Below are positions 62,060 to 64,000 of a DNA stretch of 64,000 bases, piece after piece; position 1 is the first letter of the stretch; every line of letters starts with the position of its first letter. The notes under the pieces are model-generated. The model was not told where the DNA came from and did no database searches. It saw nothing but the letters and a program-made list of their open reading frames with translations. The position numbers were made by a program, and so were the translations under genes. Source of the DNA: Phoronis australis (Eukaryota; Animalia; Phoronida); the NCBI GenBank assembly GCA_002633005.1, contig NMRA01000249.1, positions 258,073-322,072 of the forward strand, read 5' to 3'.

Positions 62060-63222
62060 TATATAGTACTATTAGCATTCAAAATTAAAAGAGAAAATAC
62101 AACAGTTGAGATAATCGAATGCTCTGGCCCATTCCACTCACAGACAGAAGGCGGCTTATCACGTTCGTAAATGAAACGCCAAGCTGAAGCGTGACCGCAA
62201 CTGCTACAGTACATACATCGTGCTTGTAATGTGGCCGTCCGCAATAATCTATTCCAGTTCATGGGCGCCGGACATCAGACACTGAGCGGAATGGACAAAT
62301 GTAAATATGATGTTTTGATACGGGTCCTTTTGAAGTGAAGTTTCGTATAACATTCAGCATGGCAATGGCATAGGAGTAAAATTACTAAAGGGAGGGTTTA
62401 TCATGTAAATTCAGAAGAGTTGATGCCTCGATGTGGGCAAAATAAAATGTTTCGTCATTAAATTTTAATTAAGAATACGTGTATAAGACAATTCAGTGCA
62501 AATCGCTCAGTGTGGGGACATTCACTTTCCATACAGAAAATTCAGTTTCACAAGCTTTGAAATCAGCAAACGTTTTGGAAAATGATAGGAATTTGAAAAG
62601 TTTATCTATTAGAAAGTAAAAGATGTACTCTGGACATGTAGTACACCAAAATGGCACCAAAAACCTTATTCTCAACAATTTTGAGAGACAACAGAGTTCC
62701 CATATCGAAATTTGTCATAACCAAAGTTTTGATGAAATAGTTGACTTGCACTGAAGTTTGTGGCTATACGGCAATTACAAGAACACACGATTTATATATC
62801 CTTGAAGTGTGACCTCGTTTTCAATGTGACATATAATCTCAATTAATAATCAACGCTGCCAATCAAAAGAAACGTCAAGTGATTTTTGTTAAGTTACTTG
62901 AATTTCTGGAGATTCGAAGTTTGCATGAAGTACTTGATTTTTTTCATCAAATCAGATTAAAAGTTTTTCACCATCAAGGTTTTTCCAGTTGAAGCTGAAC
63001 AGACAATAACTGTACATGCTGGCAGTTACGAGTGTGTAAGTTTACTAGCAGGCAATGGTTATGGAATAAAACAAATGCTAAAATGCCTTATTAAAGTTCA
63101 CACCACGACGTGCTCTTTATGCAATAATTAAAATTAAATTCCTCAAATGTAGTCACATACATGTATGGACAAAATCAACGTACATTTGAATGGTGTGATA
63201 CGATAGAAACGTTGAGGGTTCC

Positions 63223-63341
63223 AGGATTGTTTTAAAACACCTTGACTCCTAAGCCCCGGCCACGACCCATCGACCAACCACCTCCTCGACCCACATCCCC
63301 CACGACCCACAACCCCCTTGACCCATGACCTGTAGAAATAG
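63223..63341 (-). repeat. Dispersed repeat family C copy
   Basis: The reverse complement begins CTATTTCTACAGGTCATGGGTCAAGG, matching the 51686 copy. Confidence 0.7.
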
Positions 63342-64000
63342 ATCGACGTATCTGCTCATTTTGCACATTTTATGATCATATTGCGTCACTGAATGACTTT
63401 ACATGAAACGTACATGTAACTACACGCGAATCGGCTCTGGCTCAAGTCTGTTGGTTAAAAACAGAAAGTAGCGTAAGCACATGATCAGAACTAGTGAATT
63501 AAGAGCGTACTATCGCTGTCACGGAAATAGTTCCAAGAGCGACTACCAATGACCCTGCTCTCTTAAACTTTGGGAAGGAATGCACATAGTTTTACATTTT
63601 TATTATTTGCTTTCGTATACACCTTCACAAAAGCTCCGACCGTGTAATATTCAAATACATTTTTAGTTAAAGATTTTTTTTTTCAAACTGTATTTATTGA
63701 AGCAATTACATATTTATCGGTTCCTTGCAACTCTCCCAAAAAAGCTTGAATTTGCTATTCACTGAAGAGCACACTCTGCCGGAAATGCCATTTGTAACTT
63801 TGGTACATGTAGTACATGTAGGTCTGTCATTTGATTTTGTCGCGATGTTTTTACTTCTGTTTTTGGCTTTCAGACTTGTCGAATCGGCTCTCTTAATTTC
63901 AACAAAATAGGGAAAAGCCGGCCGAGCTCACTGCCAAACTCGCTGGTCCTGCAAGTCAGCGCTGTTCTATTTTCATATGGAGTCGAGCTTTTGTACACTA

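Noticed and set aside
61500-63960. Further exons of the secreted-protein gene at acceptors near 61510, 61702 and 63873
   Set aside because: Phase-compatible readings hit stops quickly or lack clear donors, so no consistent model could be built by eye.

Overview
AT-rich metazoan (probably invertebrate) genomic DNA with spliceosomal introns and draft-assembly gaps (N at 6531, 43658-43850, 47810). Almost all ORFs in the supplied track are spurious or exon fragments. Three protein genes can be reconstructed by hand. (1) An intronless minus-strand ORF of at least 372-416 codons runs off the left edge and encodes a divergent NTE/swiss-cheese (PNPLA6/7)-like N-terminus with a TM helix and two cNMP-binding domains; the track missed it. 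(2) A complete SLC6 Na+/Cl- amino-acid transporter of the GlyT/PROT/ATB0,+ group has about 17 coding exons, spans 12096-47299 on + and encodes about 782 aa, with consistent GT-AG phases. (3) The first exons of a TATA-driven secreted protein start at 58362. An intact tRNA-Ser(GCT) sits in an SLC6 intron. The rest is a transposon graveyard: a decayed RNase H-bearing LINE, other LINE fragments, a decayed Academ-type transposase with an XPG-like nuclease domain, a TTAA-flanked Kolobok-like element holding THAP and KolX/P2X7-ballast-like remnants, several MITE families, tRNA-derived heads, and a strong excess of the TACATGTA octamer that behaves like a Tc1/mariner excision footprint. All family assignments come from motif recognition by eye, not from database searches.
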